Shown here in pieces: positions 48,271 to 60,851 of a DNA stretch of 64,000 nucleotides. How positions within the stretch are numbered: position 1 is the first letter of the stretch; every line of letters begins with the position of its first letter. The DNA comes from Utricularia gibba (taxonomy: Eukaryota > Plantae > Magnoliophyta), in contig NEEC01000014.1 of the NCBI GenBank assembly GCA_002189035.1, positions 1,736,001 to 1,800,000 of the forward strand, given 5' to 3'. The notes under the pieces are model-generated. The model ran no database searches. It was given only the letters and a program-made list of their open reading frames with translations, and was not told the origin of the DNA. A program made the translations under genes and the position numbers.

Positions 48271-51200
48271 ATGGCTGGTGGGAAGGGCATGATGTCTGAT
48301 GACGAAGGTATACGTTTTTCACATAGATGGCTAGTGGCGGAAAAAAATGTAAGATTTTGACGTAGGAAACAAACGTTTCGCCGCATTGATTTTTCACAGA
48401 TGACGTTGGTATTGACGACGAGGAGAGGGATGAGGAACCCATTGGAGATCAAGTTGGGAATCTGGACGATGAGGAGGAGGATGAAGAGGGTAAAACACAA
48501 ACCAATATTTTATGAGTAGCTTTTAGGGGGGCGCCATCCTTGATTTTTGTTTTCTTGATTCTTGTTTTTTCATTGTCCAATTCCCATGTGATTTTCTGGG
48601 GCTGTTGCAGAAGTCATTTACCGAAAGATTACCGTGGATAGTTGAGAAAAGGGATGAGCTTTACGTTCTTTTATGTCTAATATCTCACTGAAGCCTTTCA
48701 TGTAATTTTGGTCATTTTTTAACATTATCGTACGTGTTAATGACGATCAAGCTTCTGCGTGTTTGAGTAACTATTGCCATTTTCAAACTGAAACTTTTGC
48801 AAACAGCTTATCATTTTGGCACGAAGTCTAATTAAATTCCTTGTTTGACACATATACTTCAGATTGTTCCAGAGCATTGTATTCTTACAAAAAACTTGTA
48901 TTCTTATTATGGTACCATTTTGTTGATCTCAAAATAAAATGCTCTCAATGTTTACGTGAATGACTGCACCTTTCTATGTTTTTTTTTTTTTTTTCCGCTG
49001 AGCAGAAGGACAAGACGAGTATGAGAAAGATGGGTTTATAGTGGATGACGTGGATGAAGAAGAGGAGGTGGAAGAGCGTGTTGATAGTGACGAGAGGCAT
49101 AAGAAAAAAGGAAGAAAAAGAGGTTTGTAATTTTTATGATGGCCAGTTATCAAGGTAAAGCGTACATTCATAACTTCACCATAATTTATTTTCAACTGTT
49201 ATAGGGAGTCAGAGAGGAATTATGTGCTGGATGAGGATGATTATGAGCTTCTCCAGGAAAGCAACATTTCTGTTCCTCGACCCAAACTTGTGAGTGTTGA
49301 TGTCATGCACACCACCTCCGCCTCTTGCTTTGGCTCTCACTGCTCGTTGCTGTTGTTAGGAAAGTAAGAAGTTCAAAAGGCTTAAGAAAGCTCGTGGAAA
49401 TGCCGAGGGAGAGCCCTCTGGATTTTCAGATGATGAAGAATTTGATGTGAATGGGACGGGTGGACACACTGCTGAGGAGAAGGTTAAGCGTAGCTTGTTT
49501 GGTGATGATGATGGTTAGTAATGTGGAGAAATATTTTCTTTTTGTGTCTCTTTGTTTCTTTAATTTATTTGTATTCTGTAATTCCTGCAGGACAACCACT
49601 CGAGGATATAGCAGAAGAGGATGAACCAGTGGAAGATGAAGACATTGGTGATGAAGATGACATGGCCGATTTTATTGTTGAAGAAGAAGATGTAGATGAA
49701 CATGGAGCTCCTATGAGGTGCGGGATGTGGAAATTGTGAATTATATTCATATGTCACACATCATTGTAATTTTGAAATCACATCCATGTGCAGGAGGAGA
49801 AAACCCAAAAAGAGCAGGCAACATCCTGGAGTTTCTTCATCTGCACTCCAGGAGGCACATGAAATATTTGGTGATGTCGATGACCTCCTGAGGCTGAGAA
49901 AGTTGGAGGTTAGGGATAGTTATAGTGAAAGAGGTACAAGAACCCTCGAAGATCAGTTTGATCCTAGTGTACTTTCGGAGAAGTACATGACTGGAAAGGA
50001 TGGAGAAATTCGGGAAATTGATGCTCCTGAAAGAATGCAGGTTTACACATCTTTTTTTCGTGACTATATTTAGTCGATTTTTCTTATTTTTCTTCTTGAT
50101 AGATATCTGAGGAAAGCACCGGGGATCCTCCAAAAGACGAGAAAAGTATACAAATGGAGACAGATTGGATACATTATCAGCTTATTAATGGTTTGGTGCC
50201 ACTGTTTGGGAAGGTTGCTTCATTGAATGAGGAAGCCCATGGTGAATTGAAACGTGATATCGCAAGATGCTTGGAATTAATGCATGTTGAGAAATTAGAT
50301 GTATGTATTTTCTCGATAGTGCCACTTAATTTGGCCGGTAACCACTGATGTTATGATGTTTAATATACTCAAAATATATCACAGGTTCCATTCATTGGCA
50401 TGTATCGGAAAGAGCAGATCTTGAACCTACTGAAGGCTTCAAATGACTCTACAGATAATGATTCCAAAGAAAACCCTACTGTGAAGTGGCACAAGGTGAG
50501 AATTTGAAATTCCTTGATTATTTCATTTTGGCCCCTGGAATTGTATTTCTTTTAGTTTTCTTCTTTTTTTTTTCAGTCCATCCTTAGATATCTCATAATT
50601 AAATGCCTTGTGTTGCAGAGCCTTTGGACAATCAAAGATTTGGATGAAAAGTGGCTTCTACTTGAAAAAAGAAAAAGTGCCCTTCTGGTATACTGTAGTA
50701 AGCGTTTTGAGGAAGAAAGTCGAAGAGTGTATGATGAGACACGTCTCAATTTAAATCGACAAATATATGATTCAATCGTGACTTCACTTAAAGCTGCTAA
50801 TTCTGAAAGGGAGGTTGATGATGTGGATTTGAAATTTAATTTGCATTTCCCTCCTGGCGAAGTTGTCCTTGATGAGGGGCAATACAAAAGGCCAAAGAGG
50901 ACATCTCGTTATAGCATATGCAATAAAGGTGGCCTGTGGGAGGTTGGGAGCAAATTTTGTTACAGTGCAGAAACATTTGGGAAGCTCGCATCTTTGGAAA
51001 AAGTGGTGAGTATAATTGATTCTTCCAATGCTCTCATACTATGTTGAATTCACCTGTTTGCCACTATCAGAGAACAGAGGAATTGGAGGATCCTAAAGAA
51101 ACACCTGAAGAGATGGCTTCTAATTTTACAAGCGAGATGTTTCAAACTCCTGAAGCTGTGTTGAAAGGCACAAGGCACATGGTATTGTTTCAACTTTTAT

Positions 51201-54200
51201 TCTGCTAGTTTTTATGATTTGGGTGGGTTGGATCTGTGCATCATCTCAACCTTCATAATCCAGGCTGCTGTGGAGATCAGTTGTGAACCACGTGTCCGCA
51301 AGCATGTACGCAGCATCTTTATGGATGAGGCTGCTGTAACTACTATGCCTACTTCCAGTGGAAATACAGCGATTGATTCTTTCCATCAGTTTTCTGGAGT
51401 AAAATGGCTAAAGAACAAGCCACTTTATGCATTTCAAGATGCACAGTGGCTTATGATTCAGAAAGCTGAAGAGGAGAAACTCTTGCAAGTTACCATAAGT
51501 CTTCCAGAGAGAGTTCTTGATAAGTTGTTAAGCGATGCAAAAGATTATTATCTAAGTGATGGTGTCAGTAAATCTGCTCAGTTGTGGAATGAACAGAGGA
51601 AACAGATAATTGAGGATGCGTTTTACAATTTTCTGTTTCCTTCAATGGAAAAAGAGGCAAGATTGTTGTTGAATAGTAAAGCTAAAACCTGGTTACTCTG
51701 GAAATATGGAAAATTATTGTGGGAAAAGGTGTCTGTTGCACCATATCTGCCCAAAGGAATTGATGCTAATTCAGATGAGGAAGTGGCTGCAAGGGTTATG
51801 GCTTGCTGTTGGGGCCCGGGAAAGCCATCCACAACCTTTGTAATGTTGGATTCATCTGGAGAAGTTTTAGATGTGCTGCATGCTGGGTCACTCAACCTCC
51901 GTGGTCGAAGTGTTAATGAACAGCAAAGTAAGAAAAATGATCAGCAGCGTGTTCAAAAATTTATGATGGATCACCAGCCACATATTGTAGTTCTGGGAGC
52001 AGCAAATTTATATTGTCCAAAGCTAAAGGAGGATATTTATGAGGTATTAATAGTTAAAATATTCTGAGATTACTCCTTCATTCAATGCCCATTCAATTTT
52101 TGATAATATTTTTCACGTATTGATTTGACCTTCACCTAAGTGGGTATTTTGTGATGGATTTCACATGATGGGGATTACTTAAAGTTTTCTAACAACAAAA
52201 AATAACCTTCGCATTTTCTATGATTTCGGATTTTTTGGATCCATATGACCAGCTCATATTGTATGGAGAATACTTAGCATGTTCTTATTGCACAGATTAT
52301 TTTCAAGATGGTGGAAGATAACCCCAGAGATGTTGGGCATGAGATGGATAACTTGAATGTTGTTTACGGTGATGAATCTCTTCCACATCTTTATGAAAAT
52401 TCCCGTATATCAGTTGATCAACTCCCTTCACAAGAAGGTATGTCTTGAATGAAATGTGGATATTGTATATGAGAATGTCATTGAAACAATCCTTCGGCGT
52501 TATATGTTGATTGCTTGCCTGCTCAGTTCCTGGATGCTGTTTTTTTTATGCCGAGCTTTTTCATGCATTCTCTTCTTATTTCAGGCATTATTAGGCGTGC
52601 TGTTGCTCTTGGACGATACCTTCAAAATCCATTGGCTATGGCTGCCACTTTGTGCGGACCAGGAAGAGAGATATTGTCTTGGAAACTTCATCCTTTAGAG
52701 AACTTCCTCACTCCTGATGAGAAGTATGGAATGGTTGAACAAGTCCTGGTGGACATTACCAATCAAGTGGGTCTTGATTTGAATTTGGCATCTAGCCATG
52801 AATGGTTGTTTGCACCTTTGCAATTCATTTCTGGCCTCGGACCTAGAAAAGCCGCATCTCTGCAAAGGTCACTCATTAGGACTGGACCAATTTTTAAAAG
52901 GTCCGATTTGATGTTTACACATGGTCTTGGTAAAAATATTTTTATCAATGCTGCTGGATTCTTGAGAGTTCGGCCTAGTGGCTTGGCTTCCATCAGTACG
53001 CAGTTCATGGATTTGTTGGATGACACCCGGATACATCCACAATCTTACCAAGATGCAGTAGACTTCGCCAAGGATATTTTGCAGGAGCATGGTGATTATA
53101 GCAATGATGATCTAGGAATGGCTGTTGAATATGTCAGGGATAAGCCTAATTTATTAAGAGCCATTGATGTTCACGAGTATGCTGTGCAGAAGGGTAAAAT
53201 TCACTTAAGAGAGACCTTAAATGATATAAGGGTAGAGTTGATTGAGGGATTTCAAGAGAGACGAAAACCGTATGAGGAACTAAATCAGGATGATGAGTTC
53301 TTCATGATATCTGGTGAGGCGAAAGATTCACTTACCGAAGGTAGAGTAGTACAAGCTACAGTTCGAAAAGTGGACCCTCAAAAAGCAATATGTGTTCTTG
53401 AATCCGGATTGGATGGTATCCTGCATAAGGAAGATTATAGTAGTGATTGGAGGGATTCTAATGATTTAACAGATAAACTGCATCCAGGTGATGTTTTGAC
53501 CTGTAGGGTTAAATCAATTCTCAAGCATCGCTATCAAGTGAATTTGACTTATAGAGACAGTGAACGGGGTGGTAACCGTTTTGAGAACCACCAGAATATG
53601 GATCCTTTCTATGATGAAAGCCACACGCCTTTAGATACAGAACAGGAGAAATCTCGTAAAGAGAAGGAACTTGCAAAAAAAAGGTTTAAGCCAAGGATGA
53701 TTGTCCATCCCCGTTTCCAGAATATAACTGCTGACGAAGCAGTTGAGGTAAATTTTATTTCGTATCCCAGAATGTGAATCACGCTCTTCATGTTTGGAAG
53801 AAGCCCTTCATGGCTGTGTTTTTCTTAGAATATATTACTTGGGCGCTGGCATAACACTTTTTACCATTTTTGCCATCAATGATCTTGATTACATTCTGTA
53901 ATGTAACATTATGCTTTAATGTCTTTTTGTGTCAGTTCTTGTTGGACAAGGATCCTGGTGAAAGTGTTATCCGGCCTAGTTCCCATGGGCCTCTGTTTCT
54001 TACCATTACACTGAAAATCTTTGATGGCGTTTTTGCTCACAAGGATATAACTGAAAGTGGAAAAGAACACAAGGACATAACAAGCCTTCTCCGAATAGGC
54101 AAAAAATTGAAAATTGGAGAGGACACTTTTGAAGATCTTGATGAGGTACTCAATTAGCTTCAGCATGTTGTGAGATATTTTATGCTTGACGCAGACACGC

Positions 54201-55209
54201 TCATTTGAGTCTGCTTGATCATTCAGGTAATGGACAGATATGTGGATCCCCTTGTTGGTCATTTGAAGACGATGCTAAACTATCGGAAGTTTCGCAAGGG
54301 TTCTAAAACAGAAGTTGATGAGCTCCTGAGATCTGAGAAGGCTGAGAACCCCTCCAGGATCGTGTATTGCTTTGGAGTATCCCATGAGCATCCTGGGACA
54401 TTTATCCTTACCTATATCCGAAGCTCTAATCCACATCATGAGTACATAGGCTTATATCCTAAGGGATTCAAGTACCGGAAACGGGTTTTTGAGGACATAG
54501 ACCGGCTAGTAGCATATTTTCAGAGGCATATCGATGATCCACTTGATTCTGCACCATCAATCCGATCAGTTGCTGCCATGGTACCTATGCGGAGTCCTGC
54601 AACTGGGGGATCATCTGGATTTGGTGGTGGATGGGGTGGCTCATCCAACAATGATGGTTGGAGGGGACGCCAAAGTATGGATAGAGACAGGGGTTCTGGT
54701 ATGCACACAGATGCTGTTACTTGATTTTTCACGTTACTATTTTACCTGTTTTCCCCTGATGGAACCGATTCTTTGCAACTCAAATGAAGGTTCTCAGCCT
54801 TCCACCGAATTTGGATTTCTTTGCAGGGAGAAATGAAGGGTCTCGACCATATGGAGGGCGTGGACGCGGCCGTGGCCGTGATTCCTACGGTGGTGGAAGG
54901 GGAGACTGGCAGGAATCCAGATTCGGGTCACACTCACAGAAGTGGGGTTCTAAGGATAGCGACAACGGCGGGGGAACGGGCTGGAGTTCTGGTGGAAGTA
55001 GCGGCGGGAAGGCAGCCGCCGATGGTGGTGGTGGAAGTTGGGGGGGTGATTGGGGTGGGGGAGCCGACGGTGGAAAGGTTGCTGCCGATAGTGGCGGCGG
55101 TGGTGGTAGTTGGGGTGATTGGGGGAATAATGGAGCTGACCGTCCTGATAACGGTGGTGCTAAAGACGGCGGCTCTTCCGGCTGGGGCACTGACGCTGGA
55201 CGGTGGTGA
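48271..55209 (+). CDS. SPT6L: Transcription elongation factor SPT6-like with a C-terminal WG/GW (AGO-hook-type) tail. About 17 exons; there is a frame problem at the exon 3/4 junction.
   Basis: Acidic N-terminus with YEKDGFIVDD and LQEAHEIFGD; YqgF region VMACCWGPGKP; HhH region ISGLGPRKA; S1 domain; tandem SH2 region VIRPSS...HEHPGTFILTYIRSSNPHHEYIGLYPKGF; Gly/Trp-rich last exon. Confidence 0.95.
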
Positions 55210-55609
55210 TCGTTCACCGGTGCCGGAAAATGTAGTCATTAGCAATGTTGTTCTTGATACGAGTTATGTAATGCGCCTTCGTCATTCCAAATCTTGGGAT
55301 AATATTTTATTTTGAACATAATTTCCTCATTAATCACAAAAACGGTGAAGTTTTTTAAAATTCTTTTATTAACATAATGAAATTAAAAACTTTAAATTAC
55401 GAGAATTCCGCCAATCAACAAACGGCTACCAAAAGCGGGTTTCCGCTAACACGATTTTAGGCGCGCCAAAAACCTGCCCTGCCGGAAGCAAAGGAACCTC
55501 AAGAACACAAGAGACATGAACCAGCATCTGCTCATCCCAACAATGCAAAAGCATCACAAAATGCGCAAGCTGAACAAGCATTGTTAGATGAGAAGAAATG
55601 TGCCGGTCC

Positions 55610-58116
55610 TCAAATCACGGCATCGTCGCCGGGGCCGGCAAGGATGACCTGAAGTTTCAATCTCATTCAGGAGCCAGATGAATAGAGATGCAACTAGGTG
55701 TGTGTCAAGTGTGAAACTGAAGGTGTTGGGGAAAGAGAAGCAGCTTGCTTACATTGCCATCAGAAGCTTGCTTTCTTGCCAGAATCAGGGCTCCGTTTCT
55801 TTCTTGCTCAGACTCGAAGACGAGTACGAAGCTTTGATCTTTTCGAGCTTGCCAGAAGAGTGACTTAGCAGCGTAGTTCCCCCTCCTCTGAATCCGCATA
55901 GCTGACAACAGAGAAGGCATAAGCATAACAGGACTTGGCAGCAGATGAGTGAAAAGGATGAAGCATAACTATGAAGCATAACTTGAACCATAGAACACAT
56001 CCCAGAGCAGCTGATACCTGCATTGAGTGAGAGTATGACTCGCTGGCCTTGGTGATCCACCCTCTGCTAAGCTTTATCTTTGTTTTTCCAATGTGAAACA
56101 AGTGTGCTGAATTTGATGAATAGTTCCGTCCATTCATTTGAGAGATAGTCACCTGTGATATGGCAGAAACTCGGATATGCTCATGGAAAAACTAGAAAGC
56201 TTGTTCAAGGAATCCTTACACTGAAGTCAGTGTTTGATCTTCTCTCCAAATAACTTCCCAAATCCAAGGCTGCAAGTAACCAAGCCAAAATATGATCCAC
56301 TGTTTTGCTCCACCAAACTGAATACATGAAGCCCCATAGAAGAACAAGCATAAAAAAGATTAACCTTGAACTATGGGCCCTGAGGTAGTAAGCGTAAACT
56401 TAAGGCTGTTGGTTGAGATATCAACTTGCAGAACTCGGCCAACATCAAATGGCTCGGGAGCATAAGCGCACTTGTTTGCATCTGGGATTCGTGAAAGAGT
56501 AAAAATTGAACTAAAGATGCATAAGCAAAAGAAAGAACGGTTATGTCCATACCCCAGATAGGTTCCCTTCTGCTACAATGAGATAACAAACGAAACCATT
56601 GGAATGAACATCTGGAGAGCTCAATAGGTGCATCTGAATGCAGCTGAATTCTTAAAATTGAGCCTAATGTCAAGGAGCCAATTAGCTCATAAACCGGGAT
56701 TATACTTCCGCCAAACTTCTTGCACATCTCCAGCTATTCAAATGCAAATGGATAATTTGGATCAGATGAATTTTATGCTGTAGGAAGTCCGTTAAAAGTT
56801 ATGTCTGAGTTGATGACAAGTAGACCTGAAAATGAAGATTAAGAGAAGCTGTGCACTTCTCCTTTATTTGATGCCTCATATCCCTCAACTCATGTTCCAT
56901 ATCAGCAACCTGTAATAGAAAATAACTTGGGTTTGAAGACACCAATCTGAAGACAAAGTAACCATAGTTAAAAAAATTTAATCGCATACCTTCCAGGGCT
57001 GATGCTTTAACTTAATTTTTCTGGCTTCTTGAACCTCTTGAATCAGTTCCTCAAGTTCCTAGGGTGAAAGAAGGTGCTTAAGTGTTTTGTAAAATACCCT
57101 TTCAGAACCAGATAACATGCCTACTTGCTTTTTCCCCGAGCACTGGCTGCGTTCTTGTTCCACAAGAGCCTCACCAATTTTTAGCACAACTGCTCTTGCA
57201 CTCTCAATCTCAGCACAAGCAAAAGACTTTTCTTGATTCACCAATTTTTTAGCATCCTCCGAAGCCTGTTGAATTTCACAAGAAAAGTATATGTTTAAAG
57301 GTAATACAATCTGCACAGTTGAAACTTATGTACGATTGCATATCTGACAAATCAATCATGTGAAGTTCAGCATCAACGTGCTTTAAATTTAGAGACTGTA
57401 GATCTGAACAAAAAATGAATATGTATCCAACCTGTTTAAGCAAATTCACTTGTTTTTTGACTTCAAACTTCTCATGAACCAGCTCCCCTTCCTTCTGGGC
57501 CAATTTCACAGCCAGAGCCTCAACCTGATGAACTTGGAGTAGAAATTAAAGCCGTTGTGTCCAAAGTCAATTAGCTCACTGTGAAGTAAAGAATGGGGCT
57601 CCTACCATTGAAATAGCTTTGTCCACATCGTTTCTGGTATGGCACGGAAACTTTCCTTTCAAGCATTCCAGCACATCCCTAAGTTTCTTCAGGTGCAAAT
57701 ATCCATCAAAGGATGATACCTTCTTGAGTTTGACCTTGCAGGATTCAGAGATAGAAAACACTAAGATTTTCACACATTGCAGCACCTCCCTTATCAAGAT
57801 AAAGAGCTTTAAGTGCTCCAACAACAGAAGACAATAGCAGCACCAAAGCTACCTCCTCAGATAGCTTCGCTGTAGAAGCCAAATTCTTCTCGAATTGACT
57901 TGCCAGGTCACGAACAGACAAACGCTTATGTTGACCCGCTAGCTGATTTGCTTCGTGTTCAACTACTTCCATAACCGTCGGGCCTCTGCAGTCTCCATTA
58001 TTCTCCTCCAACACTTCATTATCAGGTCCTAACTTATACTTGGGGAAATGGTTTGATTCAAAGTTCACATCAAAAGACACAGTCGAACGACTGCCTTCCG
58101 GACTACCCCTCGTCAT
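55610..58116 (-). CDS. SCAB: Stomatal closure-related actin-binding protein (SCAB family), multi-exon, with an apparent frameshift at 55879-55883
   Basis: HKRLSVRDLASQFEKNL, ASEDAKKLVNQEKSFACAEIESAR, YAPEPFDVGRVLQ, LFHIGK.KIKL, LFWQARK..SFVLVFESEQERN, VILAGP. Confidence 0.92.
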
Positions 58117-59631
58117 TGGCCTGAACTTGATATCTATCAAGTTATCACAGTTCATCCAACCAGTACGCAAAGTTCAGTGACTTCAGTACAAGTAACAACA
58201 ATAGAAATATTGAAAAAAAGAGCATTCCAAACGATAAACCTCAATATATGTAAGTAAATCTGCAATGCACCTCTATCACCAAAACAGGTAAACGAAATTA
58301 GAAAAGTCAACTCAACGATAAAAAAATCTGATTTTTATGTCTTCCCACAAAAGCAAATCCCTGAGCACTGAAGAAGAAGAATACAAAACAAAACCTTTCT
58401 TTCCAGGTCCTCAGTTAGGAGAAAAAAGCATGAACTGGGTAAAGCAGTAAGATTGGTGCAAAGGAAATGCAGAAAACTTCAATAGAAAAAAAAAATGATG
58501 AGATGGGTAAAATTCATGGTGAGGCCAAGTTCTCCCATCATGAACGAAATGCAGTAGGCCCCCGGATGAAAGTGACAACAGAGGGAACTGTGCTATGTTG
58601 TGTTTCTTCTTTATAAAAAAATCAAACAGAAAAAGAAAAGCCTCGCTGCCTCCGCCACACCGTTTCACACTTTCACCACCCCGTGTGTGTTTCTCCTCCC
58701 CTGTTTTTCATCTTCCTTGTCACACACCAGTTTTGGCATGTGGTTGTTGACAAATTTCTTGGCTTTTTGCATCACTCAGCCTTTGGCTGCTGGGAAAATT
58801 ACCAAAGACAGGATTTTTAGATTCATCCTCCTCATTGATTGCCATGAAGAAATCCTACCAGGAATAATTTTGTTACCCGTTTAGGAAGTGTGATGCCAAA
58901 TCTCAAAAATTGAATCTTGCTCTTGTAAACAACCGAATAAGTGTTTTACAAAACAACAAAAGAACCCATGATCAATAAACATCATTAAAAACTACTACAG
59001 TGTCACAACCATTACCCCTGTTTTCATGCAGAGGTAATCATACTTGAACATAATTGAACTCTAACCAATTTGAAATACAATTAATCTCAAATAGTATGGC
59101 ATGTCCCCCCATGTCGACCTAATTTTAAAAATTAAATAAATTCAAATTCATGCTTTTAGTTTTGCAACTTGAAGATGGAATTAATTGTCTAAGATAATGT
59201 TCTTGTGGCTGCAGAGTTTATCCATGGAGATGCTGTTGTAAGTTGGGCGAGGAGAGCGTCCTGCTGTCCAGGAAGGATGGAGATTGGGTAGGGACTGTAG
59301 CGTGCAATCTGGAGTTGAAGGGCAGTTAGAGGAAGAGAAGGTGGTGGGGGGAGGGGGTAAAGGAATTAAATGATCGATGACAAAACGAAGCAGAAGAAGA
59401 GAGAAAAAAAAAAAAAAAAAAAGCGAAAGAAAAGGGAAGGGGATCGGGGGCAGTTCACATGGCGTTGGTCCAATGCAAGGAACCCGGGCTTCACCATGTG
59501 CGCAAGCTGACATCTTGATCCACTCCCTCCCTTCTTCAGCCTCTCAAGCGCATCCCTCTTCCCTCTATATATCTCTCCTCCTCCAGTCGCATTGTTTGGC
59601 AGGAATCTGGCACCTCGCACCAGCAGCAAAA

Positions 59632-59962
59632 ATGGCGTCCTTGCCTTCCAGTGGAGTGGCTCCTTCTAATTCCAACTGGGTTCGCACAATCACCTCTCCC
59701 TTCAGGAAGGCACGCAATTTGTGCACTCCCGGCAAAGACAAGAAGCCCCAACAGGGTAATTAGCAATCACCCACACCCCCACCCTCCTTCTGTTAGTACA
59801 ACTGCGAGCAGAGCCGATACTGAAGTTTAATTTGCAGGGAGGGAGGAAGAAGCCGCCATAGATCTTCATGGTGAGGTGATGAACTGCGGGTATGAGGACG
59901 TACAGGTGATGTGGTCCATTCTGGACAAGTCCAGATCCACAGCCTGCACTTTCACTCCTTGA
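59632..59962 (+). CDS. Small uncharacterised protein, 82 aa. Exons 59632-59755 and 59838-59962.
   Basis: The phase-compatible GT-AG splice gives MASLPSSGVAPSNSNWVRTITSPFRKARNLCTPGKDKKPQQGREEEAAIDLHGEVMNCGYEDVQVMWSILDKSRSTACTFTP. A TATA sequence and CT-rich leader lie upstream. The GEVMxCxYEDVQVMWSIL motif is recalled from uncharacterised plant proteins. Confidence 0.75.
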
Positions 59963-60783
59963 GCAGCCAATGCTTCCCCTTTTTGGTCTGTAAATACCAA
60001 GTCTCAGTCTCAGTCTCAGTGGGCTGCTTGTACAGCCGGGTTCCCCCGTCTCTGTGTGTTTCTTCAACCCTGGGTCGGTCCATGGCTTTCGATGCATCTG
60101 GGGATTCCAAAACCAGCTCCAGCAGCAGTAATACATCTCTAGTTTTGCACACCGTGGAGTGTCCCTGTGCTCGAAACGAGTGAGGATCATGGTGGGTGTG
60201 GTTGTTGTACTTTTCACTCTCATACTCCACTACATAAACATCCGCTTTTCTTGTCCCTGCGATATATTTATTTTTATAACAAAAAATTAAAATTTTATAC
60301 AATTATATTTATATTGTATTGAATTTTATTAATTCATTGTAAAAATATTTTAATTCAAAATTAGGAGTATAGTATAAAAAGGGTTGAATTAAATATTGTA
60401 TTTGTAAAAAAAAATCCTAAATTGGAAAGGCTAACCACGTGGATATAATTAATTTTTTTTTAAAAAAAGTATAAAATATTAACTACTTAATTAATTTAAT
60501 TAGAATCTTAATTCTCCCCATCGGATAACGTTAATATTTTTAACAAGAGACCAGACAGATCCACCAAGGTAGCACATGCCTGAGACTCGCATGGAACTTC
60601 ATCTGGAATATTCTTGTATCATACAATATTTAATTAAATGAAATATCGAATAAATATTATGAATTAAAAGTGGATCTAAAACATTATTTTTATCATCCTA
60701 AGTGCAAATGACAATAATAAACGCATCAAATTGTAAGTAAAAACAATAAAATTTAACATTGGGCATACATGATTCATTGGCCC

Positions 60784-60851
60784 GGCCCACCTTTTGGGCC
60801 TGAAATTGAGCCCATACTATATATGGGCTTCAATGGTTTTGTCCCGGCCCA
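60784..60851. promoter_or_regulatory. Cluster of five site II motifs around a TATATA, with no adjacent gene start
   Basis: GGCCCA 60784, TGGGCC 60795, AGCCCA 60809, TGGGCT 60824, GGCCCA 60846. Confidence 0.4.

Noticed and set aside
54821-55315. Overlapping alternative-frame and antisense ORFs at the SPT6L tail
   Set aside because: By-products of low-complexity Gly-rich codons that lack stop codons in other frames.
256-55883. Programmed ribosomal frameshifting as the cause of the five broken genes
   Set aside because: The sites share no X-XXY-YYZ slippery heptamer or common downstream structure. All five are one-base losses in homopolymers, the typical long-read error.
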